Origin: a bacterium
Lineage (GTDB): Bacteria; Chloroflexota; Dormibacteria; Aeolococcales; Bog-877
DNA: 32,000 nt
Direction of reading: 5' to 3'
Assembly: GCA_021795235.1 (NCBI GenBank)
Contig: JAJYPP010000014.1
Coordinates: 28,650 to 60,649, forward strand
Part shown: positions 1 to 9,820 of the stretch, in pieces
Numbering within the stretch: position 1 is the first letter of the stretch
Layout: each line of letters starts with the position of its first letter
Translations under genes and position numbers: made by a program
The notes under the pieces: generated by a model
Seen by the model: only the letters and a program-made list of their open reading frames with translations
Databases searched by the model: none
Told to the model about the DNA's origin: nothing

Positions 1-1299
1 GACCTGAGCCCAACCGGTGCACCCGGGCGGCGCCTGCAGCCGCTCCCGGTAGCGGGGATAGTCGAGCTCGAACCTGGCGGCAAAGAATGGACGCTCCGGC
101 CGGGGTCCCACCAGGCTCATCTCCCCCCGGACCACGTTCCAGAGCTGCGGCAGCTCGTCCAGGCTGAAGCGCCGAACCAGGCGCCCCACCGGGGTGGTGC
201 GGTCGTCGCCCTCCCTGGCCATGACGGGGCCGGTGTGGCGCTCCGCGTCCAGCACCATGGAGCGCAGCTTCCACACCTGAAACCGCCGGCCCCTCAGCCC
301 CAGCCGTTCCTGGGCGTAGAAGGGAGAGCCCTTGGAGGTGAGTGCGATGGCCAGGGCGCAGACGGCGACCACCGGGACCACCGGGATGGCCAGGATGATG
401 GTGAAGCAGATGTCGAAGCCCCGCTTCAACATCAGGTTGCGCCCCACCAGTCGATTGGGGCGGATCCCGATGAGGGGCATCCCCGCCACCTGTTCGGTGC
501 GGGCGGCAGAGGTCATGATCTCCAGGATGTCGGGCAGAACCTTCACCTCCGCACCCTGGTCCAGGCAGGCGTTGGCGAATTCCACCACCTGGCTGTGACC
601 GCTCTCCCCGAGCGCCAGCACCACCATGTCAGCGTGCTCGCGGGCAACGATCCGTCCCAGGCCCTGCTCGATGGCGAAGACGGCCAGGTCCGAGGACGGG
701 CCCTCCGCTTGGGGGCTGGCGGTGGCGACCTGCCCCACCAGGTGGTAGCCGTACTCCGGGAACATCCTGAGCCGGCGGATCAGCAGGTCGGCGACCTCCC
801 CGCTGCCCACCACCAAGACCCGGACCGCACCGAAACCAGACCGAAAGAGCGCTCCCTGGAGGCCGCGGATGGCGCCCCGCTCCACGATGTAGAGCATGAG
901 GGCGGCGATGGAGGCGTCGGCCAGGACCAGGCGGGAGTAGGGAAAGCCCCGGTAGAGACCCTCAAGGGCGACCGCCAGGGCCACGAAGAGGGCGACCGAC
1001 CCGGCGGAGCCCAGGATCTCATCCACGAAGGACTGCCCGCGCTGGACCCGGTAGCGGCCGGTGAATAGGAAGACCAGCAGCCACAGAGCGACCACGAACG
1101 GGATCGCCAGGGCATAGTTCTGGAAGCTGGGTATCGCGCCACCGGGAATCGGGACCCCGGAGAGGTGGAAGCGGTAGCCGTAGCCGATCAGGGCACCGAG
1201 CGCGACCGCCAGGGCATCGCCCACCACCCGGATCGCGATCAGCGGGCCCAGGCGCCGGTTGTGGGTCGCCGCATGCGAGACCTCGAGGGGCCGGATCAA
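1..1299 (-). CDS. polyprenyl glycosylphosphotransferase (bacterial sugar transferase, WbaP/EpsB-like); C-terminus off the left edge
   Basis: The minus frame is open to position 1 and is absent from the ORF track because there is no stop in the window. My translation reads ...[86 protein letters not shown]...PGCTGWAQV, the classic Bac_transf signature. Upstream is a Rossmann-like region and an N-terminal TM segment. The start is uncertain: TTG 1299, TTG 1317 or GTG 1332. Confidence 0.9.
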   Translation of the reverse strand, partial: MIRPLEVSHAATHNRRLGPLIAIRVVGDALAVALGALIGYGYRFHLSGVPIPGGAIPSFQNYALAIPFVVALWLLVFLFTGRYRVQRGQSFVDEILGSAGSVALFVALAVALEGLYRGFPYSRLVLADASIAALMLYIVERGAIRGLQGALFRSGFGAVRVLVVGSGEVADLLIRRLRMFPEYGYHLVGQVATASPQAEGPSSDLAVFAIEQGLGRIVAREHADMVVLALGESGHSQVVEFANACLDQGAEVKVLPDILEIMTSAARTEQVAGMPLIGIRPNRLVGRNLMLKRGFDICFTIILAIPVVPVVAVCALAIALTSKGSPFYAQERLGLRGRRFQVWKLRSMVLDAERHTGPVMAREGDDRTTPVGRLVRRFSLDELPQLWNVVRGEMSLVGPRPERPFFAARFELDYPRYRERLQAPPGCTGWAQV

Positions 1300-1309
1300 G
1301 GGGCCGGAA

Positions 1310-2773
1310 TCAGCCAAGGCCGCCCCCCCCACTCTCCGGCGCCAGCCGGCGGCGCAAGCTCTCACGCGCCATCGCCAGCTCCTGGTGGGTCACCCCACCG
1401 GTGAGCCACAGCGCGGCCAGGTAGCAGATGCCGGCCGCGGGAGCCACCCAGAAGACGTTCTCGGACGAGAGCACCCCCATGACCCCAACCATAAGCCCGC
1501 CGGAGACCAGGATGGGGGTGAGCGATCTTAGCCAAGGCAGCGAGCCGAGCTGGCGACGCACCAGCATGTAACCCGCCACCAGCAGGAACACCTCCGTGAT
1601 CACGGTAGCCCAACTACAGGCAAGATAGCCGGTCTGGCGAGGGAAGAGCGGAATCATGACCAGGTTGAGGGTCACGTTGACGGCGATGCTGAGCCCGGAG
1701 AGGATGATGCTGTCCTTCTGGCGGTCCATCGCCCCCAGGCCGAAGACGAAGGTGTTGTTCACGAACAGGAACACCAAAGCCAGGGCGAGGATGCTGACCG
1801 CCGACCCGGACTGCGAATATATGTGCAAGAACCCCACCAGGGCGGTGCCGCCGAAAGCCAGCGCCACCGCCAGCGGCATCGCTATCGCGCTCAGCAGGCG
1901 CAGGGTGACGGTGTAGGCGCCACGCATCGACCCCAGCTCCCCCAGGTGCAGCACCGATAGCGTTGGGAAAACCGCGTTCATGACCGTCTGGGGCAAGAAC
2001 GAGAGCCCTTCCAAGAACTTGTAACCAGCCTGGTAGTAGCCCACCTCGGTCGCGCCCCGCAGCGCCTCCAGGATCAGGACGTCGATCTTGAAGTAGATGG
2101 TGTTGAGGAAGAAGACCAGGGCGAACGGCAGGCCCATCCCGATCAGCCGGCGGACCAGCGGGTAGTCGATCGCGATCCGGGGGCGGAAGTAGCGACGCGA
2201 GATGATGACCACCGCGAACAGGCAGGTGAACAGGTAGGAGGCGGCGTAAGCCCAGAGGTAGGCCGGCAGCCCCAGGTGAGCGACCCAGGCCAGGGCCGTC
2301 CCCACCAGCAGGATCGCCCCCTCGGCGATGGTCTCGAATGCCTCGTAGCGCATCTCGCCGGTGGCGTAGAAGGTGCTGCGCAGGACGTTGGCCAGGGAGG
2401 TCGCCACCAGCAGCGCGAAGGCCGGCCACAGGAGCGGCAAGACCGAGGGATGGCTGGTCACAGAGGACATCAGAAACAGGCACAGCAGGCTGCCCAGGAG
2501 CAGCGGCACCTTGGCGCCCAGGACAGCCGCCAGGTAAGGCTCCAGCCGGTGGCGATCCCGACTGCCCTCGCGCAGGTAGACAATCTGCAAGCCACCGTCG
2601 CCCACGATGCTGGAGAGGTTGCTGAGGACCACCACCACCCCGAACTCCCCATAGCGGAACGGGCCCAGCGCGTGCTGCTGGATCAGGAAGGCGACGAACA
2701 CCAACAGCCGGGCCCCGGTCCGCGCCACGAACAGCATGGTCGTGTTGCGAACCGTGCGGTGGGCTAAGCTCAC
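1310..2773 (-). CDS. polysaccharide biosynthesis flippase (Wzx-like, MOP superfamily)
   Basis: 487-aa polytopic membrane protein with about 12-14 hydrophobic segments. Its N-terminus (RNTTMLFVARTGARLLVFVAFLIQQHALGPFRYGEFGVVVVL) is typical of Polysacc_synt flippases. It sits between the priming transferase and a Wzy-like gene. Confidence 0.7.
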   Translation of the reverse strand: MSLAHRTVRNTTMLFVARTGARLLVFVAFLIQQHALGPFRYGEFGVVVVLSNLSSIVGDGGLQIVYLREGSRDRHRLEPYLAAVLGAKVPLLLGSLLCLFLMSSVTSHPSVLPLLWPAFALLVATSLANVLRSTFYATGEMRYEAFETIAEGAILLVGTALAWVAHLGLPAYLWAYAASYLFTCLFAVVIISRRYFRPRIAIDYPLVRRLIGMGLPFALVFFLNTIYFKIDVLILEALRGATEVGYYQAGYKFLEGLSFLPQTVMNAVFPTLSVLHLGELGSMRGAYTVTLRLLSAIAMPLAVALAFGGTALVGFLHIYSQSGSAVSILALALVFLFVNNTFVFGLGAMDRQKDSIILSGLSIAVNVTLNLVMIPLFPRQTGYLACSWATVITEVFLLVAGYMLVRRQLGSLPWLRSLTPILVSGGLMVGVMGVLSSENVFWVAPAAGICYLAALWLTGGVTHQELAMARESLRRRLAPESGGGGLG

Positions 2774-2782
2774 GCCACTGGC

Positions 2783-4021
2783 TCAGGTTTTGCGAGGGGG
2801 GCGGCGCAACTGCAGTTGGCGGGTGGCTGGAACCACCGCGACCACCACCAGCGCCGCCAGCCCCCACCACTCCACCGAGAGGTCGTTCTTCCAGTACGGG
2901 CTGTCCACCAGACCGTGGGCCAGAATGCCGACCCAGGCCAGCAGCAGAGCGGCCGCCCAGGGATGCGACAGCGGGCCGGCCCTGACCACCGGGATGAGAT
3001 AGCGGGCCAGCTCAAAGAGGAATCCGATGAGGAAGACCAGCCCCATCACCCCCAGCTCCACCCAGAAATCCAGCTCCAACTGGTCCGGGTACACGTGGGT
3101 CTGGTGGATGACCTGGTGGAGCGCCACCCGGTATGGCCCCACCTCCTGTTGGTAGTTGGCGAGCCCACTGCCGGTGAACGGATGGGCCACCAGCAGGTCG
3201 ACCGTGGCGTGCCAGAGATGGACGCGGGTGACCACCGAGTTGGCCGGATTGTTCGGGTTGAGCTCGTTCGCCACCCGGTGGCGGATCGGGGGCAGCGCCA
3301 AGGCGGCGACGGCCGCGACCGCCAGCCCCACCAGCAGGATCCGGCGACGGGGGTGGATCACGGCCGCGACCAGAGCTATCAGAACCAGTGCGAACCAGGA
3401 CCCGCGGCTCAAGGTCAGGACGTCGCCCAGCCCGAGCAGGATGAGCATCGCCCAATGGACCCGGCGATGTCTCACCCCGCCGAAGAGCGCCAGGCCCAGC
3501 GCCAGGGCCACCAGCGGGTCCAGGAAGATCCCCCCGAAGTTGTTGTTGGTCCAGAGCCAGGTGGGCACCGGGGGGCTGGTGTTGATGTTGAAGGTGTGGG
3601 CTCGCAGCGATCCCGCCAGGGCCACGAACTGGGACACGGTCACCACCGTGCCGCTGACGTAGAGGCCGTAGGTGAGCCGCTCCCAGTCCCAGTTGGAGCG
3701 CAGCACGTTGATCACGACGAAGAAGTAGAGCACCGGCTCCACGATGTAGGCCTTGGCAATGCCCAGGGCATCCCGTTTGTCGGGGCTGACCGCCACCCCG
3801 ATCACCATCGCCACCAGCAGCACTCCGATCAGCACCGTGAAGGGGGTGTCCAGATGGGGCATCCTCCGCTGTTGCCAGCTCTCGAGGATGAAGGCAAGCA
3901 CGGTCAGGCCGAGCACCACCTCCAGCCCTGTGAAGGGCAGCTTGCCGAGCAAGGTGCCCCGCAGGACGTAGGCGGGAAGTGCCGCGGCGGTTACAAAGAC
4001 GCCTATACGACTCCACCGCAT
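2783..4021 (-). CDS. O-antigen ligase / polymerase-like (Wzy_C family) membrane protein
   Basis: 412-aa polytopic membrane protein. It carries the LTLSRGSWFALVLIALVAAV motif block characteristic of the O-antigen ligase/Wzy_C domain, followed by a loop and further TM helices. Confidence 0.7.
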   Translation of the reverse strand: MRWSRIGVFVTAAALPAYVLRGTLLGKLPFTGLEVVLGLTVLAFILESWQQRRMPHLDTPFTVLIGVLLVAMVIGVAVSPDKRDALGIAKAYIVEPVLYFFVVINVLRSNWDWERLTYGLYVSGTVVTVSQFVALAGSLRAHTFNINTSPPVPTWLWTNNNFGGIFLDPLVALALGLALFGGVRHRRVHWAMLILLGLGDVLTLSRGSWFALVLIALVAAVIHPRRRILLVGLAVAAVAALALPPIRHRVANELNPNNPANSVVTRVHLWHATVDLLVAHPFTGSGLANYQQEVGPYRVALHQVIHQTHVYPDQLELDFWVELGVMGLVFLIGFLFELARYLIPVVRAGPLSHPWAAALLLAWVGILAHGLVDSPYWKNDLSVEWWGLAALVVVAVVPATRQLQLRRPPRKT

Positions 4022-4073
4022 CGGCGGGATTATATGTTGACCGCCCCTCCGAGCCGGCTTTCAGCCTCCCTGC

Positions 4074-5087
4074 TCAGGCACCTGGGGAGGGCAGGAGACC
4101 GACCCGGCGGCGTACCTCCACCATGGTCCGGGCAGCCACTTCTCGCGCCTGCGCCGCCCCTTGAGCGAGGATGAGGTCCAGAGTGGCGGGATCTGAGGTC
4201 AGCTCTTGGAAACGCGCCTGGATGGGCTCGATGGCAGCGATCGCCCGGTCCGCCACCAGATCCTTCAACCGCCCGTACCCCGCCCCTTCGAACGTGGCCC
4301 TCAACTCCTCTTCGCCACAACCGGAGAGAGCTCGGTAGATCTCCAGAAGGTTGGCCACCCCGGGCGAGGGCGAGGCCAGTTCCACCACCGTGCCGGAGTC
4401 GGTCTTGGCCCGCCGGAACTTGGCCCGTATCCGGTCCGGGGGGTCCAGAAGCGCGATCACCCCCTGGTCTGACTCCTCGCTCTTGCTCATCTTGCGGTCG
4501 GGGTCGTCCAGGGACATGATCTTCGAGCCCGACCCCATGCTCCCAATCCTGACCTCCGGCACCTTGAAGGTCTCCCCCAGCAAGTGGTTGAAGCGGACCG
4601 CCAGGTTGCGGGTGAGTTCGAGATGCTGGCGCTGGTCCTCCCCGACCGGGACGAAGTCGGTCTGGTACAGGAGGATGTCAGCGGCCATCAGCACGGGATA
4701 GGTGAACAGCCCGCTCCCGATCCGCTCCGCCTCCGAGCGCCTGGACTTGTCCTTGTACTGGGTCATCCGCTCCAACCAGCCCATCGGGGTGAGGCAGCCC
4801 AGCACCCAGGCGAGCTCGGCGTGCTCGGGGACGTGCGACTGAACCAGGAGGGTGGACCTCTGCGGGTCTATCCCCGAGGCGATGTAGAGCGCGGCCAGCT
4901 CCCTGGTCTTGGCGGTCAGGGCCGCCGGGTCCCAGGGCATGGTGAGGGCGTGGAGGTCGACGACGCAGAAGTAGTTGTGGAACAGGTGCTGCTCCAGCAC
5001 CCACGGTCTCAGCGCTCCCAGGAGATTGCCGAGATGGAGGTCGCCGCTGGGCTGCATGCCGCTGAACACGACCGGGCGCTCCACCAT
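4074..5087 (-). CDS. trpS: tryptophan--tRNA ligase
   Basis: 337 aa. The N-terminus reads VFSGMQPSGDLHLGNLLGAL (class I HIGH-type motif). A KMSKS motif is present (DRKMSKSEE). Overall TrpRS-like sequence. Confidence 0.95.
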   Translation of the reverse strand: MVERPVVFSGMQPSGDLHLGNLLGALRPWVLEQHLFHNYFCVVDLHALTMPWDPAALTAKTRELAALYIASGIDPQRSTLLVQSHVPEHAELAWVLGCLTPMGWLERMTQYKDKSRRSEAERIGSGLFTYPVLMAADILLYQTDFVPVGEDQRQHLELTRNLAVRFNHLLGETFKVPEVRIGSMGSGSKIMSLDDPDRKMSKSEESDQGVIALLDPPDRIRAKFRRAKTDSGTVVELASPSPGVANLLEIYRALSGCGEEELRATFEGAGYGRLKDLVADRAIAAIEPIQARFQELTSDPATLDLILAQGAAQAREVAARTMVEVRRRVGLLPSPGA

Positions 5088-5118
5088 TCCCGGGATTGTA
5101 TCGGTCGTCGTAGCCGCC

Positions 5119-6759
5119 TCAGTGCTTCTCGGTCACCCGATACTCGAGGTGGGAGCCGAAGAGCAGGCGGGTCTGGGCCTCCAGGGCCGGGATCACGCTG
5201 AGGAGGAGAAAGACCACCGGGTAGGTGATGGTCTGGAGGTCGATCAGACGCCGCCGCCACCAGCCCCACTCCTTGGGACGGGGCTGCATCCGGTTGTCCA
5301 GGATGGCGACCGCCAGGATGTTGAGCAGGGTGACCTGCAGGATGAGGCTGGCCGCCGTCTCCAGGATCGCCCCGGCGTCGGAGAGGCCGTAGTCGTAGTT
5401 GAAGATGGATGGCAGCGACCCGGCGACCAGGATCAGGAGGGGGACTGTGGCCCAGCTGAGGTGGTTGAAGATCAGCATCTTGAAGCGCTGCAGACGGACC
5501 CCAACGGGAATCTCGGAGTGGTTGGGCATCCTGGCGGCCACGTAGGGGATGTCGGTCACCCCCCAGGCCCAGCGCTTGATCTGGTTGTACTGGCTGACTA
5601 GGGTGGTGCCGTAGTCGGCCGCCCGAGGTGCATCTCCGTACATCGGCATGAAGGCGCCTCGCACGTTCAGGCGCTCCCCGTAGGTGAAGAAGGCCTTCCA
5701 GAAGAAGCGGGAATCCTCCGGGATCACGTCGTCGTCCCAGAACCCCACCTCGGAGACCAGCTGCAGCGACATCGAGTAGGCCGAGAACATCACCAGCCGC
5801 TTGGGATGCTGGTGCAGGTAGAGCTGCCACTGGGTCGCCAGCGTGGCCATCGAGCGGACCGCGGCCGGGACCTTGAAGAGGTTGTTGAGGAAGATCGGGA
5901 CCGGCTGCCAGATCGAGGTGAGCCGATCCTCGGCCAGACAGTAGTGGTAGCTGATGTACGAGAAGTACTGGGGATGGACCCGATAGTCGGAGTCGAGATC
6001 GGTCACGATCACCTTGGTCGGGTCCAAGCCCAGAGCGTGCAGGCCGCGCTCCAGGACCGGGCCGGCGTAGGCCATGGCCGCCGACTTGCCCACCACTATC
6101 CCCGGCAGCAGGGGATCCTTGATGTGCCAGAAGGCGAGGAAGCGTTCACCGAACTCCTCCTGAAGGCGAGCAACGTTCCGGCAGCCGTCGAGGTCGGTCT
6201 CACGGGTGATGACGGCCACCACCTTGAGCCGCTCTGGGTAGTCGGCCTGGGCCAGCGCCGACACCGTGGACCGCAGGGTCTCGTACCGCTCCGTGTAGGT
6301 GGGGATCAGGACCGCGTGCACGAGCTCCCCCGGGCGGGGAGCATCAGCGGGCAACTGGGCCGAGGCCAGGATCGCCCCCCAGTCGGTCGCCTGCGACTCC
6401 TCCAGCTTGCGGATCCCGCCGAGCACGAAGCGGAAGGTGTAGACGAGCTTCACCAGCCAGTAGAGATCGATAATGACCGCGAACACCCCCAGGATCCAGA
6501 GGTACTGGAAGTTGGTGAAGGTGATCACGAAGCCGACCGCCAGGGGCACCAGCAGACACAGCCAGACCGTGGCGCCGGGCGCCATCTCCAGGGCCCGCTC
6601 CAGAATCCGCTGCCGCCGGGACTGGGGCCGAGCGACCCGTGAGAGTCGCTCCGGAGGGACGTATGTCGGCAGCACGCCGACTCTGGGCGGGGGCGCCGTG
6701 AGCGGCGAGTCAACCAAGGATGACGATGTCACTGCATCGGATCGTAGTGGCTGGGTCAC
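5119..6759 (-). CDS. membrane-bound family-2 glycosyltransferase, processive synthase type
   Basis: 546 aa with N- and C-terminal TM helices. GT2 core reads VLIPTYTERYETLRSTV...; DxD-like VTDLDSDY; EDSRFFW; Q-x-x-R-W motif as QIKRWAWG. This motif set is typical of cellulose/chitin/hyaluronan-synthase-like enzymes. Confidence 0.8.
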   Translation of the reverse strand: MTQPLRSDAVTSSSLVDSPLTAPPPRVGVLPTYVPPERLSRVARPQSRRQRILERALEMAPGATVWLCLLVPLAVGFVITFTNFQYLWILGVFAVIIDLYWLVKLVYTFRFVLGGIRKLEESQATDWGAILASAQLPADAPRPGELVHAVLIPTYTERYETLRSTVSALAQADYPERLKVVAVITRETDLDGCRNVARLQEEFGERFLAFWHIKDPLLPGIVVGKSAAMAYAGPVLERGLHALGLDPTKVIVTDLDSDYRVHPQYFSYISYHYCLAEDRLTSIWQPVPIFLNNLFKVPAAVRSMATLATQWQLYLHQHPKRLVMFSAYSMSLQLVSEVGFWDDDVIPEDSRFFWKAFFTYGERLNVRGAFMPMYGDAPRAADYGTTLVSQYNQIKRWAWGVTDIPYVAARMPNHSEIPVGVRLQRFKMLIFNHLSWATVPLLILVAGSLPSIFNYDYGLSDAGAILETAASLILQVTLLNILAVAILDNRMQPRPKEWGWWRRRLIDLQTITYPVVFLLLSVIPALEAQTRLLFGSHLEYRVTEKH

Positions 6760-6823
6760 CGCTTCGAGACGATTCCCTCACGGCGGGGACGATTCCCAGG
6801 TTCGAGGTGTATCTTGCAGCCCT

Positions 6824-7924
6824 GTGGATAACCGGGTCCTGCCGCACTTGCTGAGAACGCTGCGACGTGCGGTCGGCCATCCTGCGACCCGGATCGGGAT
6901 CACGGTGGCCGCCTTCGCCATCTTCCTCCACTCCGTGAACCTTGGCACCGCCATGGCGGAGTTCGGTCACCTCGGAGGCGGATGGGCCCTCCTGGCCATG
7001 GCCCTGGCCGGGCTCTCGGTGCTGGCCAGCGTCGTCGAGTGGGGAGCGCTGCTGCGGGGCGCCGGTCGCCGGGTCGGCTGGCACTACGTCGGATCCTGGT
7101 ACATGAAGGGCCTCTTCATCAATCAGATCTTCCCCGCAGGGGTCGGCAGCGATGCTGTACGCGCAGTCCAGGTGGGCCGGGTGGTCGGGCATGGCCCAGT
7201 GATCGCCTCCCTGGTCGGCAGCCGGATGGCAGGGACTCTGGGGATGGCGGTATGGGGCCTGAGCGGGGCGGTGGTGATCAGCACCGTGTTCCACACCACC
7301 GACGTGGTCGGCTTCGCCATCTTCGCGGGCGCCATGCTGCTGGCCTGGGGCCTGGCCCTGGTCGCCGAGCACCTATTCGCCAGGCTGCGGGGCGTGGATC
7401 CCAAGGGGCACACGTGGAGGACCCATCGCGTCACCGAGCATTTCGCCACCTTCCTGCGGTCGCTTGGCCGTTACCGGGGAGCGCCACTGGCGCTGGCGGT
7501 CTCCATCCTGGCCGGAGGCATCGGGTGGGGCCTGAACCTGCTGTCGATGGAGGCCTTCAGTCGCGCTCTGGGCTACAACATCTCCTGGGGCGTGTTCGCG
7601 GTCTCCCTGCCGGTGGCCCTCGTGGTCACCTTCATCCCGATCTCGGCCAACGGCATCGGCATTCGCGAGGGGGTACTGGTCTTCCTCCTGGCCCAGTTCC
7701 ATGTCCCGGTCCCGATCGCGGTGGCGATGGCGCTCTTCGTGGACTTTCAACTGCTGCCCTTCGCCGCGGTGGGCGGAGTGGTGCACCTGGCGGACACCAC
7801 TGTGAAGCATGCCTATCAGCGGATGTTCCGGGTCGGGACTTTGGAGGGACACCTGCGGGTGGCCCACGCGGTGCTGCACTGGCTGGTGGCGCCAGAGGTG
7901 CTCTGGGAGATCAGTCGGGGCTGA
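6824..7924 (+). CDS. flippase-like membrane protein (lysylphosphatidylglycerol-synthase TM-region / UPF0104 family)
   Basis: Polytopic protein with LLRGAGRRVGWHYVGSWYMKGLFINQIFPAGVGSDAVRAVQ, which is typical of this family. The track ORF starts at 6473, but that overlaps the divergent GT2 gene. The first plausible in-frame start after it is GTG 6824 (VDNRVLPH...). Confidence 0.65.
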   Translation: MDNRVLPHLLRTLRRAVGHPATRIGITVAAFAIFLHSVNLGTAMAEFGHLGGGWALLAMALAGLSVLASVVEWGALLRGAGRRVGWHYVGSWYMKGLFINQIFPAGVGSDAVRAVQVGRVVGHGPVIASLVGSRMAGTLGMAVWGLSGAVVISTVFHTTDVVGFAIFAGAMLLAWGLALVAEHLFARLRGVDPKGHTWRTHRVTEHFATFLRSLGRYRGAPLALAVSILAGGIGWGLNLLSMEAFSRALGYNISWGVFAVSLPVALVVTFIPISANGIGIREGVLVFLLAQFHVPVPIAVAMALFVDFQLLPFAAVGGVVHLADTTVKHAYQRMFRVGTLEGHLRVAHAVLHWLVAPEVLWEISRG

Positions 7925-8008
7925 TCGCAGCGGTCGGCTCGTGCCGGCCTGGCCCGGGCTCCTCCGAGAAGAGGCGCCATCGACGAGGCGGTCCCGAGAG
8001 GTGGTCCT

Positions 8009-9004
8009 TCAGGATCGAGAGCGGAGCTCCTCGATCCCCCGCTGAGCCAGGGTCAGGATCTGCCCGGCAGCAGTCGCCGCCAGGATCGCTCCCAGGACAA
8101 TGTCGAAGGCCAAGGTGGGGGCACCAGCCAGCACCAGCAAGGACGATCCGGCCAGAGCCACTCCGCTGGCGAAGGTGTTGACCTTGCCGAACCTGGTGGC
8201 GACCATCTCCGGCCGCCGGGGCAGCCACGGGTACAGGGCCAGAAACCCAATCGCCGGTATCGCGTACCGCACCAGCACCAGCAACCCCATCCACAAAGGC
8301 ACGAACCCCAGCAACAGGCACGCCACTGCGGACAGGGAGAAGAAGGCCGCGTCCATGATCGGGTCCAGGGCCCGACCCAGGACGGTCACCAAGCCCACGC
8401 GCCGAGCCACCCACCCATCGAGCACGTCCAGCAGGGCAATCGGCGAAGCGACGCACAGGAAGAGCGGACGGGCCTCGGTCTGAGGGGGCATGGTCGCGTA
8501 GAGCAGGATCGGGACCGCCATGTAGGCTCTGATCGAGGTCAGACCGTTGGGGAGGCCGAGGTGATCGAGGGGGGACCGATCCGGGTAGCTGCAGTTGAGA
8601 TCGAGTGCCACCAGCAGGAAGCCGGTGGTTATCACCCACCAGCAGGCTCCCAGGCCCAGGCCCAGAGCGGCCTGGCCTCCCAGCCACCCTGCCGAGAGCC
8701 CGGAGCCGGCCGACAGCACCAGACCCAGCAAGGCCCACCCAATCAGTGACCTCCGGAGCTGGGGTGACTCCGACCATCGTCTGGCCGAATCCCTGGCCAG
8801 AGCCTCCACCACCCGGGCGGGGCCACGAACCCCGCGCAGGGTCGCGACGGGATGTTCTGGCGCCGACGACTCCGGGTCGGGGCCGCTGGCTCTCCTCACT
8901 CTCTCAAGCTTATGCACTGCGACCGACCGAGGTTGGCTACCGGACCGTGATTGCCGTCGGTAGCAGCCGCGGGCCCGGGCAGATTCGGCAAGCGTCCCGG
9001 CCAA
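8009..9004 (-). CDS. CDP-alcohol phosphatidyltransferase family protein
   Basis: Signature D-G-x2-A-R-x8-G-x3-D-x3-D is present as LDVLDGWVARRVGLVTVLGRALDPIMD, with multiple TM helices. The start is uncertain: TTG at 9004, and the N-terminal ~80 aa are low complexity. Confidence 0.8.
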   Translation of the reverse strand: MAGTLAESARARGCYRRQSRSGSQPRSVAVHKLERVRRASGPDPESSAPEHPVATLRGVRGPARVVEALARDSARRWSESPQLRRSLIGWALLGLVLSAGSGLSAGWLGGQAALGLGLGACWWVITTGFLLVALDLNCSYPDRSPLDHLGLPNGLTSIRAYMAVPILLYATMPPQTEARPLFLCVASPIALLDVLDGWVARRVGLVTVLGRALDPIMDAAFFSLSAVACLLLGFVPLWMGLLVLVRYAIPAIGFLALYPWLPRRPEMVATRFGKVNTFASGVALAGSSLLVLAGAPTLAFDIVLGAILAATAAGQILTLAQRGIEELRSRS

Positions 9005-9065
9005 CCACCAGAGGACGAGGTCCCCGTGGCCCGACTGGGGCCGGTGGGGCTACGCTGCCCAAGCC

Positions 9066-9653
9066 ATGGGCCCGAGCTTCAACCGCCAGACCGCGCTGGT
9101 CGTGGTCGATGTCCAGAACGACTTCGCCGACCCTCGGGGCAATCTCTTCGTGCCCGGCGGCGAGCGCGTGGCGGAGCTGGTCCGGGACCTCATGCTGGAG
9201 GCGGCGGGGCAGGGGGCGTTGGTCGCCTGCAGCCAGGATTGGCATCCTCCCCAGACCCCCCACTTCCAGGACCAAGGCGGGGTCTGGCCCACGCACTGCG
9301 TCGAGAACACCTGGGGGGCCGAGCTCCACCCATACCTTCCGCGGGCGGCCATCGTCGTTCCCAAGGGGCAGGGCCAAGCGGACGGCTACTCCGCCTTTGG
9401 GGCCCGGAGCTTGGAGACCGGGAAAGTCATAGCCACTCCGCTCGCTGAGCTGCTCCTCCGCCGCCGAATCACCTCCGTGTACGTGGCCGGACTCGCCTTG
9501 GATGTCTGCGTAAGGGCCACGGTCCTGGACTCGGTCAACCTGGGCCTGGCGACCAGCTTGATCGCAGATGCTACCGCCGCGGTGAACCTCAAGCCGGGCG
9601 ACGGAGACAGGGCCATCGCGGAGATGCGCGCACGGGGTGCGACCGTCGTTTGA
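9066..9653 (+). CDS. pncA: nicotinamidase/pyrazinamidase (isochorismatase family)
   Basis: Motifs ALVVVDVQNDFADPRGNLFVPGG, WHPP...HCV, DGYSAF and VYVAGLALDVCV (catalytic Cys context). Confidence 0.85.
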   Translation: MGPSFNRQTALVVVDVQNDFADPRGNLFVPGGERVAELVRDLMLEAAGQGALVACSQDWHPPQTPHFQDQGGVWPTHCVENTWGAELHPYLPRAAIVVPKGQGQADGYSAFGARSLETGKVIATPLAELLLRRRITSVYVAGLALDVCVRATVLDSVNLGLATSLIADATAAVNLKPGDGDRAIAEMRARGATVV

Positions 9654-9820
9654 GCGCCGCGGTCACGCCCGTCCGGCCAGCTGGGACCGCCGCCCCTTCG
9701 CCGGTCCGCCATCCGGCCGCGATCACCGGGTGGCAAAGCGAGCGGGTGGGCCAGCCTCGGAGCCGCGCCGACCAATCAGTCGATCGCCTGGGACGGTCCA
9801 CGGCGGTCCCCAGCCACCGT

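Noticed and set aside
235-1068. 277-aa plus-strand ORF, together with the nested 332-598 + and 780-1142 - ORFs
   Set aside because: It is antisense or alternate-frame to the clearly recognisable sugar-transferase frame. Its translation is H/G/D/R/P-rich low complexity, typical of high-GC shadow ORFs.
1614-4174. Long ORFs 1614-2870 -, 2816-4174 +, 3012-4016 - and similar
   Set aside because: They overlap the membrane-protein frames (Wzx-like, Wzy-like), which have coherent TM-helix patterns. Their own translations are Arg/Pro/Gly-rich with no motifs.
6473-6823. N-terminal 117 aa of the track ORF 6473-7924
   Set aside because: It overlaps the 5' end of the divergent GT2 gene and is low complexity. 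The family-typical sequence only begins after about 6830.
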